Part shown: positions 39,051 to 47,368 of the stretch, piece by piece | How positions within the stretch are numbered: position 1 is the stretch's first letter | Layout: each line of letters starts with the position of its first letter | Source of the DNA: Terriglobia bacterium | Lineage (GTDB): Bacteria; Acidobacteriota; Terriglobia; 20CM-2-55-15 | NCBI GenBank assembly: GCA_965198225.1 | Contig: CBDAOY010000006.1 | Span: 800,001-864,000 of the forward strand | Direction: 5' to 3' | Length of the DNA: 64,000 nucleotides | Notes under the pieces: generated by a model | Databases searched by the model: none | Told to the model about the DNA's origin: nothing | What the model saw: only the letters and a program-made list of their open reading frames with translations | Made by a program: the position numbers and the translations under genes

Positions 39051-39710
39051 GAGCGGAAGGGGACCCCGCAAGGGTCTCCGATCTCGCCGCTGTTCAGCAA
39101 CATCTACATGCGGCGCTTCATTCTGGGCTGGAAGGTGCTGGGCTACGCCCGGCACTTCAAGGCGGAAATCGTCAACTACGCGGATGACTTCGCGGTTCTC
39201 GGTCGCGCGCCGGCAGCGGTGATGCTAGCGGCGGTCGAAGCCCTGATAAAACGTCTGAAGTTGGCGATGAACGTTGAGAAGACCCGCTGCTGCCGGGTGC
39301 CGGAGGAATCGATGACGTTCCTCGGCTACCGGATCGGTTGCAACTACCGGCCGGGTACGGGTGCCGCCTACATAGGCACACATCCGAGCCGGGAAAGCGT
39401 CCAGAGCATCTGCCGTCGTGTGAGCGAGTTGACCGCGCCGCGCCACGTGCTCCTGCCGTCGGGAGTCGTAGTGGGACGCCTCAACCGGTTGCTGATCGGT
39501 TGGGCGAACTATTTCATCCTGGGACAGGTCCGCCCGGCCTACAAGGCGATTGATCAACACGCGACCCGGCGGCTGCGCCAGTGGCTCTGCCGTAAGCACA
39601 AGGTGCGGACCGGGAAACACGTGCGCTTCCCGTCCGAGCGGCTCTGGTCCGATTACGGGCTCACGCATCTTGCGCCGCGTACGGCGAGCTTTCCGTGGGC
39701 GAAGGCATGA
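39051..39710 (+). pseudogene. C-terminal half of the intron 1 reverse transcriptase/maturase (RT4 to domain X)
   Basis: GTPQGSPISPLFSNIY, YADDF, EKT, FLGY, LNRLLIGWANYF. The N-terminal RT domains are missing and the fragment is fused directly to domain I RNA sequence. Confidence 0.88.
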
Positions 39711-40162
39711 TCTCGTCCGAGAGCCGGATGCGGGAAATCCGCATGTCCGGTTCGATGAGCGTTGCGCCTTGCAAGCGCATGAGATCCAGTCGCCTGAGAT
39801 GGCGGCCGTGGCAGAGCCTAGCCGGCAGCCACGTACCGAGTCTTGCGTGGTGGTCGGTGACGGACACTGCGAAGCGTAGACAGGGAGGGAGTAGGCCGGA
39901 ACACCAGTGAACGGAAAGATAGCCCCGAAATCGAACGTGGTTGAAGTAGCCGACCCTGTCGCTCTAGGGGGAAGGCGGAATCGCAGGGCACGCAATGGCA
40001 AGTGCCCTGGGGTGCTTCCGGGGTTCGTACCGCCGGCATGCAACCAAGGATTTCATGGGAACAAGGGAGATCCGTCAGGTTCAAGCGGAGCTTGTAGGGT
40101 TGGACAAGCCAACAACGCGAGGAAGACCCGAAGGCCTGTCGGAAGTCAGACTGGCTGATAGT

Positions 40163-41975
40163 GCGTGCCTGGCAGCACGCGTTTCCGGCGGGTTAAAGTC
40201 CCGCTCGGCCCGAGGCCACGGGTCGATATCCAACAAGTGGGGGTAATGCCTCACTGGCCGAAGTGTAGACAGGTAGTGCAGATGCCTAAACGGGCACGAA
40301 GGCGAAAGCCGGATACGGCCAAGGCAAAGCTGGAGCCAGCTACGGAAACTTTGGAGGGCAGGGCGCCCACCGCGAGGTGGGGTCTGAAGGGCATGAGGAG
40401 AACCACCGGGTCGTAATCGACGGGAGCCATCCCGAGGATGAACCGGTCGGCCAAAGATGGGGAATGGTCGAGCCCGCACTATTGGGGCGAAGGCGCATTG
40501 GTTCCACCCCATCGCACCAAGGTGTGTGCGGGCGACACGGTGGAGAAGAGACGCGAGTGACCCAGGGAGGCCTGGTATCGTCCGAGCGGAAGGTAAGGTC
40601 GAGATGATGTGGCACCCGCAGACGAAAGGGCGGGCAACCGAGAAGACAAACATCGACCTAGAGCCCTGCGCGGTAGGTGCGGATATAAGCGAGAGCGAAA
40701 TTCCGGCCGACGCGGTGTCAGGAATCGGATCGGGGAATAGTGCGTGCCTGGCAGCACGCGTTTCCGGCGGGTTAAAGTCCCGCTCGGCCCGAGGCCACGG
40801 GTCGATATCCAACAAGTGGGGGTAATGCCTCACTGGCCGAAGTGTAGACAGGTAGTGCAGATGCCTAAACGGGCACGAAGGCGAAAGCCGGATACGGCCA
40901 AGGCAAAGCTGGAGCCAGCTACGGAAACTTTGGAGGGCAGGGCGCCCACCGCGAGGTGGGGTCTGAAGGGCATGAGGAGAACCACCGGGTCGTAATCGAC
41001 GGGAGCCATCCCGAGGATGAACCGGTCGGCCAAAGATGGGGAATGGTCGAGCCCGCACTATTGGGGCGAAGGCGCATTGGTTCCACCCCATCGCACCAAG
41101 GTGTGTGCGGGCGACACGGTGGAGAAGAGACGCGAGTGACCCAGGGAGGCCTGGTATCGTCCGAGCGGAAGGTAAGGTCGAGATGATGTGGCACCCGCAG
41201 ACGAAAGGGCGGGCAACCGAGAAGACAAACATCGACCTAGAGCCCTGCGCGGTAGGTGCGGATATAAGCGAGAGCGAAATTCCGGCCGACGCGGTGTCAG
41301 GAATCGGATCGGGGAATAGTACTCAGGAACGAGACGGCAAACATAAGGTCTCGGATCGTTGCTTCGAGCAGCGGCGCTGGCGGGTCCAAAAGGCCCGTTG
41401 GAGGGGGAAGTCCCCGTACTCAGTCGTGAATGTGCGAGCGATGGGAAACGCGGAGATATCGTGGAATTGGATAGTTCCCTTAGCGAAAGACCCAAACGCG
41501 GTACGAACGAAGCCGCCACCTGCCGCCACACAGCGAATTCCGAACGAGGAGCAACTGAGGAAAGCGGCTTGCGGGAAAACCGCACGAGCCGTTTGATTGA
41601 GCGGACGGTGGAGCGGACGGTGGGATCGGCCCGACCACTTTCGACTCTACACTCAGGAACGAGACGGCAAACATAAGGTCTCGGATCGTTGCTTCGAGCA
41701 GCGGCGCTGGCGGGTCCAAAAGGCCCGTTGGAGGGGGAAGTCCCCGTACTCAGTCGTGAATGTGCGAGCGATGGGAAACGCGGAGATATCGTGAACTTGG
41801 ATAGTTCCCTTAGCGAAAGACCCAAACGCGGTACGAACGAAGCCGCCACCTGCCGCCACACAGCGAATTCCGAACGAGGAGCAACTGAGGAAAGCGGCTT
41901 GCGGGAAAACCGCACGAGCCGTTTGATTGAGCGGACGGTGGAAGGGCCGATCGGCCCGACCACTTTCGACTCTAC
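40163..41975 (+). ncRNA. ORF-less group II intron copy 3A (904 nt: 40163-40741 + 41651-41975), interrupted by copy 3B
   Basis: Starts GCGTGCCTGGCAGCACGC. D5 AAGCGGCTTGCGGGAAAACCGCACGAGCCGTTT. Ends CGACTCTAC. No RT ORF. EBS1 ACTATT at 40478-40483. Confidence 0.85.
40742..41650 (+). ncRNA. ORF-less group II intron copy 3B (909 nt, uninterrupted, innermost)
   Basis: 5' 579 nt appear identical to 3A. Contains the empty site GGGGAATAGT/ACTCAGG (41311-41327). D5 at about 41562-41594. Ends GACTCTAC. Confidence 0.88.
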
Positions 41976-42101
41976 ACTCCGAGGTCGGGAGAGCCGATCA
42001 CATGGGGAAGCGGCCAGCAGAAGTGGACTCGTTCTTGGGAAACATGAGCTCCATGCAACGGGAGGATACGGTCCTCTATGCAACGAGAGGAACAACCAGT
42101 C

Positions 42102-43424
42102 ATGGAAACGAAACTGGAACGAATAGCGGCGAAAGCTCGGAGTGAGCCAAAGCTCCGGTTCACGTCACTGGCGCATCATGTCACCCGAGAGCGTGTGTGG
42201 AAGAACCTGTGTCAAGTGCCCCGCAACACGGCTCCCGGATGTGATGGTCAGAGGGTACCGGAGGCGAAGGAGGAATTCGGAGTCTGGGTGGAGCCAATGC
42301 TCCAGTCTGTTCACCAGAAGGGATATCGCGCTCCGCCGATTCGGCGGGTGTATATCCCCAAGCCCGGCAAGCAGGAGAAACGTCCCCTGGGCGTGCCCTG
42401 TGTTCAAGATCGGGCCCTTCAGCGCAGCGTGGCCGAGGTATTGGTCGCCATCTACGAGCAGGACTTCTTGCCCTGTTCCTTTGGTGGCCGGCCTGGGCTG
42501 GGCGCCCACAATGCACTGGCAACCCTCCATGAGGTGATTTCCGGATGCAAGGTGAGTTGGGTGTTGGAGGCGGACTTGAAGAACTTTTTCGGGAGTTTAG
42601 ACCATGGATGGCTACTCCGCTTTGTGGAGCATCGAGTCGGAGATCCGCGGATCATCAGTCTGATACGACGATGGTTAAAGGCGGGCGTTTTCGAAGACGG
42701 GGAATTGCATTCGAACGAAGAGGGAACCCCGCAAGGTGGGTCGATCAGCGTTCTGCTGAGCAATCTGTACCTGCATTATGTGCTTGACCTGTGGTTTGAC
42801 CGGATGGTCCGGCCACGCCTGAAGGGTGAAGCGTATCTGGTGCGGTACATCGACGACTTTGTCGTGTGTTTCCAATATCGGGACGATGCGCTTCGTTTCC
42901 AGAACGTTCTGCGCAAGCGACTGGGAAAGTTTGGACTGGTTCCGGAGCCGACCAAGACGAAGCTCGTCGAATTCGGCCGCTATGCCCAGCGCGATGTCGT
43001 CCGGCGCGGGAGAAAACGTCCAGAGACGATCTATTTTCTGGGCATGACCCTGTACTGTACGCGTAATCGCAAAGGCAATTTTAGAGTGGGACTGCGAACA
43101 GAGAAGTCTCGACTTCGACGCAGTCTGGCTCATCTACGCGGCGTGATGAGGCGAATGCGTCACTTGCCGGTCCGGGAGCAAGTGCACAATCTGAACCGAG
43201 TCTTGCGCGGGCACTACGCCTACTATGGCATTGCCGGGAACCTCCGGGCTCTGCAGCACGTCGCTCGGGCCGTGGAACGTTACTGGCGCCAAATGCTCAG
43301 CAGTCGTAGTCGTGCAGGCTTCGTCCGGTGGGAAGTATTCAACCGGATTCAGCTGCACTTTCCGTTACAGCGTCCCAAGTTGGCTCTCCGCTATCGGGAG
43401 TTCCAGTCTCTCGCTGTGCTGTAA
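42102..43424 (+). CDS. ltrA: Group II intron reverse transcriptase/maturase, intact, no endonuclease domain, YIDD active site
   Basis: FTSLAHH, RRVYIPK...RPLGVP, ADLKNFF, GTPQGG, VRYIDDF, FLG, LNRVLRGHYAYY. Followed directly by D5/D6. GAGG precedes ATG 42102. Confidence 0.93.
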   Translation: METKLERIAAKARSEPKLRFTSLAHHVTRERVWKNLCQVPRNTAPGCDGQRVPEAKEEFGVWVEPMLQSVHQKGYRAPPIRRVYIPKPGKQEKRPLGVPCVQDRALQRSVAEVLVAIYEQDFLPCSFGGRPGLGAHNALATLHEVISGCKVSWVLEADLKNFFGSLDHGWLLRFVEHRVGDPRIISLIRRWLKAGVFEDGELHSNEEGTPQGGSISVLLSNLYLHYVLDLWFDRMVRPRLKGEAYLVRYIDDFVVCFQYRDDALRFQNVLRKRLGKFGLVPEPTKTKLVEFGRYAQRDVVRRGRKRPETIYFLGMTLYCTRNRKGNFRVGLRTEKSRLRRSLAHLRGVMRRMRHLPVREQVHNLNRVLRGHYAYYGIAGNLRALQHVARAVERYWRQMLSSRSRAGFVRWEVFNRIQLHFPLQRPKLALRYREFQSLAVL

Positions 43425-43620
43425 ATCCAATTCTGAAGAGCGCAGTGCGGGAAATCCGCACGCTGCGTTCTGTGGGAGCCGGAGGCGGGCAACTGCCTCC
43501 GGCCACCCGGTGCGACTGGAAACGAAGCCACGGCGAGGAGTGAGGCACCGGAATCGGCGAAAGCCACCGGCAACAGCTACCCCCTTTGCCTACCGCCACC
43601 GCGCCAGTCGTCGACTCTAC

Positions 43621-43703
43621 ACGAAGTAACGAAGGCAACGAAGATCGGAAAAGATATTGCTATCTTCGTCTCGCTTCGTGCCCTTCGTTACTTCGTGTTA
43701 AAA
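43621..43703. repeat. Imperfect palindrome of ACGAAG-containing 8-9-mer units (insertion target of intron 1)
   Basis: ACGAAGTAACGAAGG...CCTTCGTTACTTCGT inverted arms. Confidence 0.75.
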
Positions 43704-43742
43704 GAGAACGTTTGTCTTAGCGCAATGATCGGGTCAGGGCTT

Positions 43743-44795
43743 TCACTCGGGGCCCAGCAGCAGCTTTCGGTCGAGGTCGGCGACATTCCCGGCGCCCACT
43801 AGAAACATGGCGGTCCTCATTTCCCGGAACAACCGTTCGCCCGCCGCCACGACAGCGTCGGCCGATTCCCTGGCGGCGAGCAGAAACGGTCGGGCGACGG
43901 CCACGTAGTCAGCACCGAGCGCCAGCGCTTTGATGGCCTGGATCCCGTTCCGAATGCCTCCGCTGGCGACGATCCTTGCCGATCCTGTTCGGTCGGGATC
44001 GATCCTTTCCAGGATCCATCGCGTTGGCAGGCCGAAGTCGCTGAACATCTCACCGAAGGATGGATCCTGGCTCAGTCGGGCCTCGACCGCGGCCCAACTC
44101 GTTCCGTCGTTGCCTGAGACGTCGATGTAGCCGACACCAAGGCCGGCAATGGTTTCGACCAGTTCGGGGGCGATTCCACCGCCGCATTCCTTCACGTAGA
44201 CCGGTAGTGGACAGCGTTGGACAAAGTCGTCCAGGTGTGATGTGAGGTTTCTGAAGTCGGTGTCCCCACCCTCCTGGATCGATTCCTGAAGCGCGTTGAG
44301 GTGGAGTCCGAAAACATCCGGTCGGATGCGTTCGATGATCTGCGCGGCCTGGTCCCAGGCCAGACCGTAGTTGAAACTGACCAGTCCCAGGTTCGCAATC
44401 AAGGGGACCGACGGGGCAAGGTCGCGCACTTCGAAGCTGGGCACGGCCGCATCGTCCTTGACCATCACCTTCATCGATCCCAGGCCGAGAGGTACCTGTA
44501 GCCGTTCTGCCCCTGCGGCCAGGTTCGAGTTGAGCCGTTTGAACTCCTCTCCGACACCCCCGGTCATCGACGAGATGATCAACGGCGCCGCGATCGCTCG
44601 TCCGGCGAATCGGGTCTCTGTTGAAACTTCCGACAGAGCGAGTTCCGGCAGGGCGTTGTAGCGTAGCTTGAGGTCTGCAAAACTGTCGCGTCGCAGGTCC
44701 ACCGACGGGTCCAGACACACTTCGATGTGGCCCTGCTTACGTCTGTTCAGCGACTCGTTCAGGTCGGCGTTGGCCTCGCCCCCGGGGTCCGGCAT
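43743..44795 (-). CDS. fni: Type 2 isopentenyl-diphosphate delta-isomerase (FMN-dependent)
   Basis: RKQGHI, ISSMTGG, LGLGS, IANLG, HLNALQESIQEGGD, VKECG, GTSW, SGGIR. Confidence 0.93.
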   Translation of the reverse strand: MPDPGGEANADLNESLNRRKQGHIEVCLDPSVDLRRDSFADLKLRYNALPELALSEVSTETRFAGRAIAAPLIISSMTGGVGEEFKRLNSNLAAGAERLQVPLGLGSMKVMVKDDAAVPSFEVRDLAPSVPLIANLGLVSFNYGLAWDQAAQIIERIRPDVFGLHLNALQESIQEGGDTDFRNLTSHLDDFVQRCPLPVYVKECGGGIAPELVETIAGLGVGYIDVSGNDGTSWAAVEARLSQDPSFGEMFSDFGLPTRWILERIDPDRTGSARIVASGGIRNGIQAIKALALGADYVAVARPFLLAARESADAVVAAGERLFREMRTAMFLVGAGNVADLDRKLLLGPE

Positions 44796-44966
44796 GGGCG
44801 GTCATTCTAACACCCCATTCGAGAGACTTCCCCGGCCCCGCGTTCGGCGCCCTTGCGGTTCGGCCTCCGGCCTTTTTGGAGGCGAGGGGTCAGTTGTGGC
44901 GGATGCTGTGCTGCCTCTGCGGTAGAATTCAGGCTCCAGTCCGCCGGTAGAAGTCGAGGAGTCTTG

Positions 44967-45713
44967 ATGACTGAGAGTAACGACAGGGTATCGCCGGGTG
45001 GGGGTTCGAGCGGTATCCCTGATCGGAAACACTCCGAAGAAAAGGCCCCGTCGAGCTATCTGATCCAGGTTTCGCCACGCTTTCTCGTGACACTACTCGC
45101 GATCCTGGCGCTCACCCTCCTGCTCTGTCACGCCGCGTTGACGATTTACCACTACCAGGTCGATGAGTTGCCCTGGCTTCCCTGGCGCCAGCTCTTCGAC
45201 GTCGACGAAGAGAATAATCTGCCGACATGGTTTTCGGAGTTGCTGCTCCTTACCGCGACGGTGCTGCTGTGGTTATGCGCCGGTAAGAAGCGCCGTGATG
45301 AGGACCCGTCCTTCGGCTGGTACGTGCTGACCATCGGGTTTTTCCTGCTTGCGATCGACGAGGTCGCGGGAATCCACGAGACAATCAACAGCTTGATCGA
45401 TACGACCTGGGCGATCGGTGGCGGTTTGCTTGCTCTTGGAATTGGCCTGGGCTTCATACCGTTCCTGTGGCGGCTGCCCAGGCTAACGGCAATTCTGTTC
45501 GCCCTCGCCGGGGCAATCTATGTCGGCGGTGCGGTGGGTGTGGAGATCATCGGGGAACCACTCGACAGCGACTCGCTCCAGTACAACCTCTTAACCGTCC
45601 TGGAGGAGGGCATGGAGATGTTCGGTGTCATCTTCTTCATACACGTGCTGCTCGGCTACATGCGGGAACCTCGGGCGAACATCCTGCAGGGAGCTGTTGA
45701 GTTGACAGGGTAG
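44967..45713 (+). CDS. Hypothetical multi-pass membrane protein
   Basis: About 6 hydrophobic segments with ENNLPTWFS, IDE..IHE and EEGMEMFG charged motifs. Confidence 0.75.
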   Translation: MTESNDRVSPGGGSSGIPDRKHSEEKAPSSYLIQVSPRFLVTLLAILALTLLLCHAALTIYHYQVDELPWLPWRQLFDVDEENNLPTWFSELLLLTATVLLWLCAGKKRRDEDPSFGWYVLTIGFFLLAIDEVAGIHETINSLIDTTWAIGGGLLALGIGLGFIPFLWRLPRLTAILFALAGAIYVGGAVGVEIIGEPLDSDSLQYNLLTVLEEGMEMFGVIFFIHVLLGYMREPRANILQGAVELTG

Positions 45714-45770
45714 CGGATCCCGACGATCGCTTCGTTGACTTCCAGGCGTGCCCAAGCTAGCCTCTCGGTC

Positions 45771-47354
45771 ATGACACGACCATCCGCTTTGACCGCCGTT
45801 ATTCTGCTCTTGTCAGGGTGTAGCGGCCCTCCCCCGGATTCCGCCGCGATTCCTGACATCGACGGCGATGCGATCTCGGGCCACATCCAGGCCCTGGCGT
45901 CGGACGACATGGAAGGCCGCGCTCCCGGCAGCGCCGGGGAGGGGCTGGCGACCACGTACATCGCCGACTATTTTCGATCGATCGGCCTGGATACGTCTTT
46001 CCAGAACGTGCCCCTGGTCGGGACGACCGCAACGCCGACATCGCTGACCCTGCGCAAAGGCGGCGAAACCCGGACGCTCGCCTACCGCGATGAGTTTATG
46101 GCATGGACGACTCGGGAGGTTGAATCGATCGCCCTGGACCCGGCCGAGATGGTCTTCGTCGGTTACGGCACGGTTGCTCCGGAGTATGACTGGGACGACT
46201 ACGCGGGCGTCGATGTCGAAGGCAAGGTGCTCCTGATGCTGGTCGGAGATCCACCGCTCGAAGACGAAAGCATGTTTGGTGGACAGGCGATGACCTACTA
46301 CGGACGCTGGACCTACAAGTACGAGGAGGCCGCACGCCAGGGCGCCCGTGGTGCCTTCATCGTCCACGAGAACGCACCGGCCGGCTATCCCTGGGAGGTC
46401 GTCAGCGGATCCTGGTCGGGCGAACAGTTCGACATGGTCAAGGCCGACAGAGGGGCGTCCGAGACCGGAATCCAGGGCTGGATCACGCTGGAGATGGCCC
46501 TGCAGCTGGCCGAGTGGGCCGGGCATTCGTTCGATGAGCTGAAGCAGCAGGCGTTGAGTCCGGAGTTCAATCCGATACCGCTGGGCGTCGATGCGTCAGT
46601 CGAGATCGAAAACACGTTGAGGCATGTGGATTCGAAGAACGTCGTTGGCGTGCTCGCCGGCGAGACTGATGAGTACGTCGTCTTTTCCTCGCACTGGGAC
46701 CACATCGGAAGAGATGGCTCGATTGAGGGAGACCAGATCTACAACGGCGCCGTCGACAATGCATCCGGGATTGCCACGATGCTTGAAATCGCCCGTGCCT
46801 TCACCGCGCTGCCGGACAGGACGCGTCGGACATTGGTGTTCCTCGCCGTGACCGCCGAGGAGCAGGGTCTGCTGGGGTCGAAGTACTACGCCGAGAACCC
46901 GCTGTTCCCGCTGGAGCGGACCGTCGCCAACATCAATATTGATGGCGCGAACGTCTATGGCGCGACCGACAAGATCATCGTGATCGGCTACGGCTACACG
47001 TCGCTGGAGGACCACCTGAGGCGGATCGCGTCCGAGCAGGGGAGGGCGGTCGTTCCGGATCCGGAATCAGAAAAGGGTTTCTACTACCGTTCGGACCAGT
47101 TCAATTTCGCCAAGAAAGGCGTTCCCGCTCTCTATATTGACAGCACCAACCTTGAGGACAGCAACCGCTACACCGCCGAGCGTTATCACAAGCCCTCGGA
47201 TGAATTCGATCCCACCTGGAATTTCGACGGAGCCGTTGCGGACGCTGTGGCCCTGTTTAGTGTGGCCCTGGAGGTCGCCGATGCGGACGACTGGCCGGAA
47301 TGGATGCCGGGCACCGAATTCAAAGCGGTTCGAGACGAAATGCTCAACCGGTGA
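45771..47354 (+). CDS. M28 family metallopeptidase with PA domain, probable lipoprotein
   Basis: LLLSGC lipobox, LASDDMEGR, SHWDHIG, GAVDNASG, AEEQGLLGS, RSD, YHKPSD. Confidence 0.9.
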   Translation: MTRPSALTAVILLLSGCSGPPPDSAAIPDIDGDAISGHIQALASDDMEGRAPGSAGEGLATTYIADYFRSIGLDTSFQNVPLVGTTATPTSLTLRKGGETRTLAYRDEFMAWTTREVESIALDPAEMVFVGYGTVAPEYDWDDYAGVDVEGKVLLMLVGDPPLEDESMFGGQAMTYYGRWTYKYEEAARQGARGAFIVHENAPAGYPWEVVSGSWSGEQFDMVKADRGASETGIQGWITLEMALQLAEWAGHSFDELKQQALSPEFNPIPLGVDASVEIENTLRHVDSKNVVGVLAGETDEYVVFSSHWDHIGRDGSIEGDQIYNGAVDNASGIATMLEIARAFTALPDRTRRTLVFLAVTAEEQGLLGSKYYAENPLFPLERTVANINIDGANVYGATDKIIVIGYGYTSLEDHLRRIASEQGRAVVPDPESEKGFYYRSDQFNFAKKGVPALYIDSTNLEDSNRYTAERYHKPSDEFDPTWNFDGAVADAVALFSVALEVADADDWPEWMPGTEFKAVRDEMLNR

Positions 47355-47368
47355 CACGTGAGGTAGGC

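Larger units (their letters stand above)
39762..43511 (+). mobile_element. Group II intron 2 (RT-encoding), inserted in intron 1 and interrupted in its D3; own segments 39762-40162 and 41976-43511
   Basis: 5' TTGCGCCTTGCAAGCGCATGA. D3 TGGCTGATAGT|ACTCCGAGGTCGGGAGAGCCGATCACATGGGGAAGCGGCCA. D5 GAGCGCAGTGCGGGAAATCCGCACGCTGCGTTC. Ends CACCCGGT. EBS1 CGCTC (39960-39964) pairs with the exon GAGCG. Confidence 0.88.
38810..43620 (+). mobile_element. Group II intron 1 (outermost), internally deleted, interrupted at its D5/D6 junction; own segments 38810-39761 and 43512-43620
   Basis: 5' end GTGCGCCGTGAG. D5 GAGCCGGATGCGGGAAATCCGCATGTCCGGTTC (39721-39753). D6 GAGCG|GCGACTGG...CCAGTCGTCGACTCTAC. EBS1 GTTGAA (39029-39034) pairs with the 5' exon TTCAAT. 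Confidence 0.88.

Noticed and set aside
40163-41975. 579-bp and ~325-bp direct repeats next to an RT, considered as DGR template/variable repeats, a retron ncRNA or a simple tandem duplication
   Set aside because: No adenine-specific mismatches and no target ORF. The A-A-B-B order with D5/D6 at the end of each B is what self-nesting of an intron produces. The RT has group II intron motifs and a maturase domain.
40081-42126. ORFs within the ORF-less introns (e.g. 40081-41232 minus, 41058-42095 minus)
   Set aside because: They span intron junctions, duplicate with the RNA repeats and have no protein motifs; these are translations of structured RNA.
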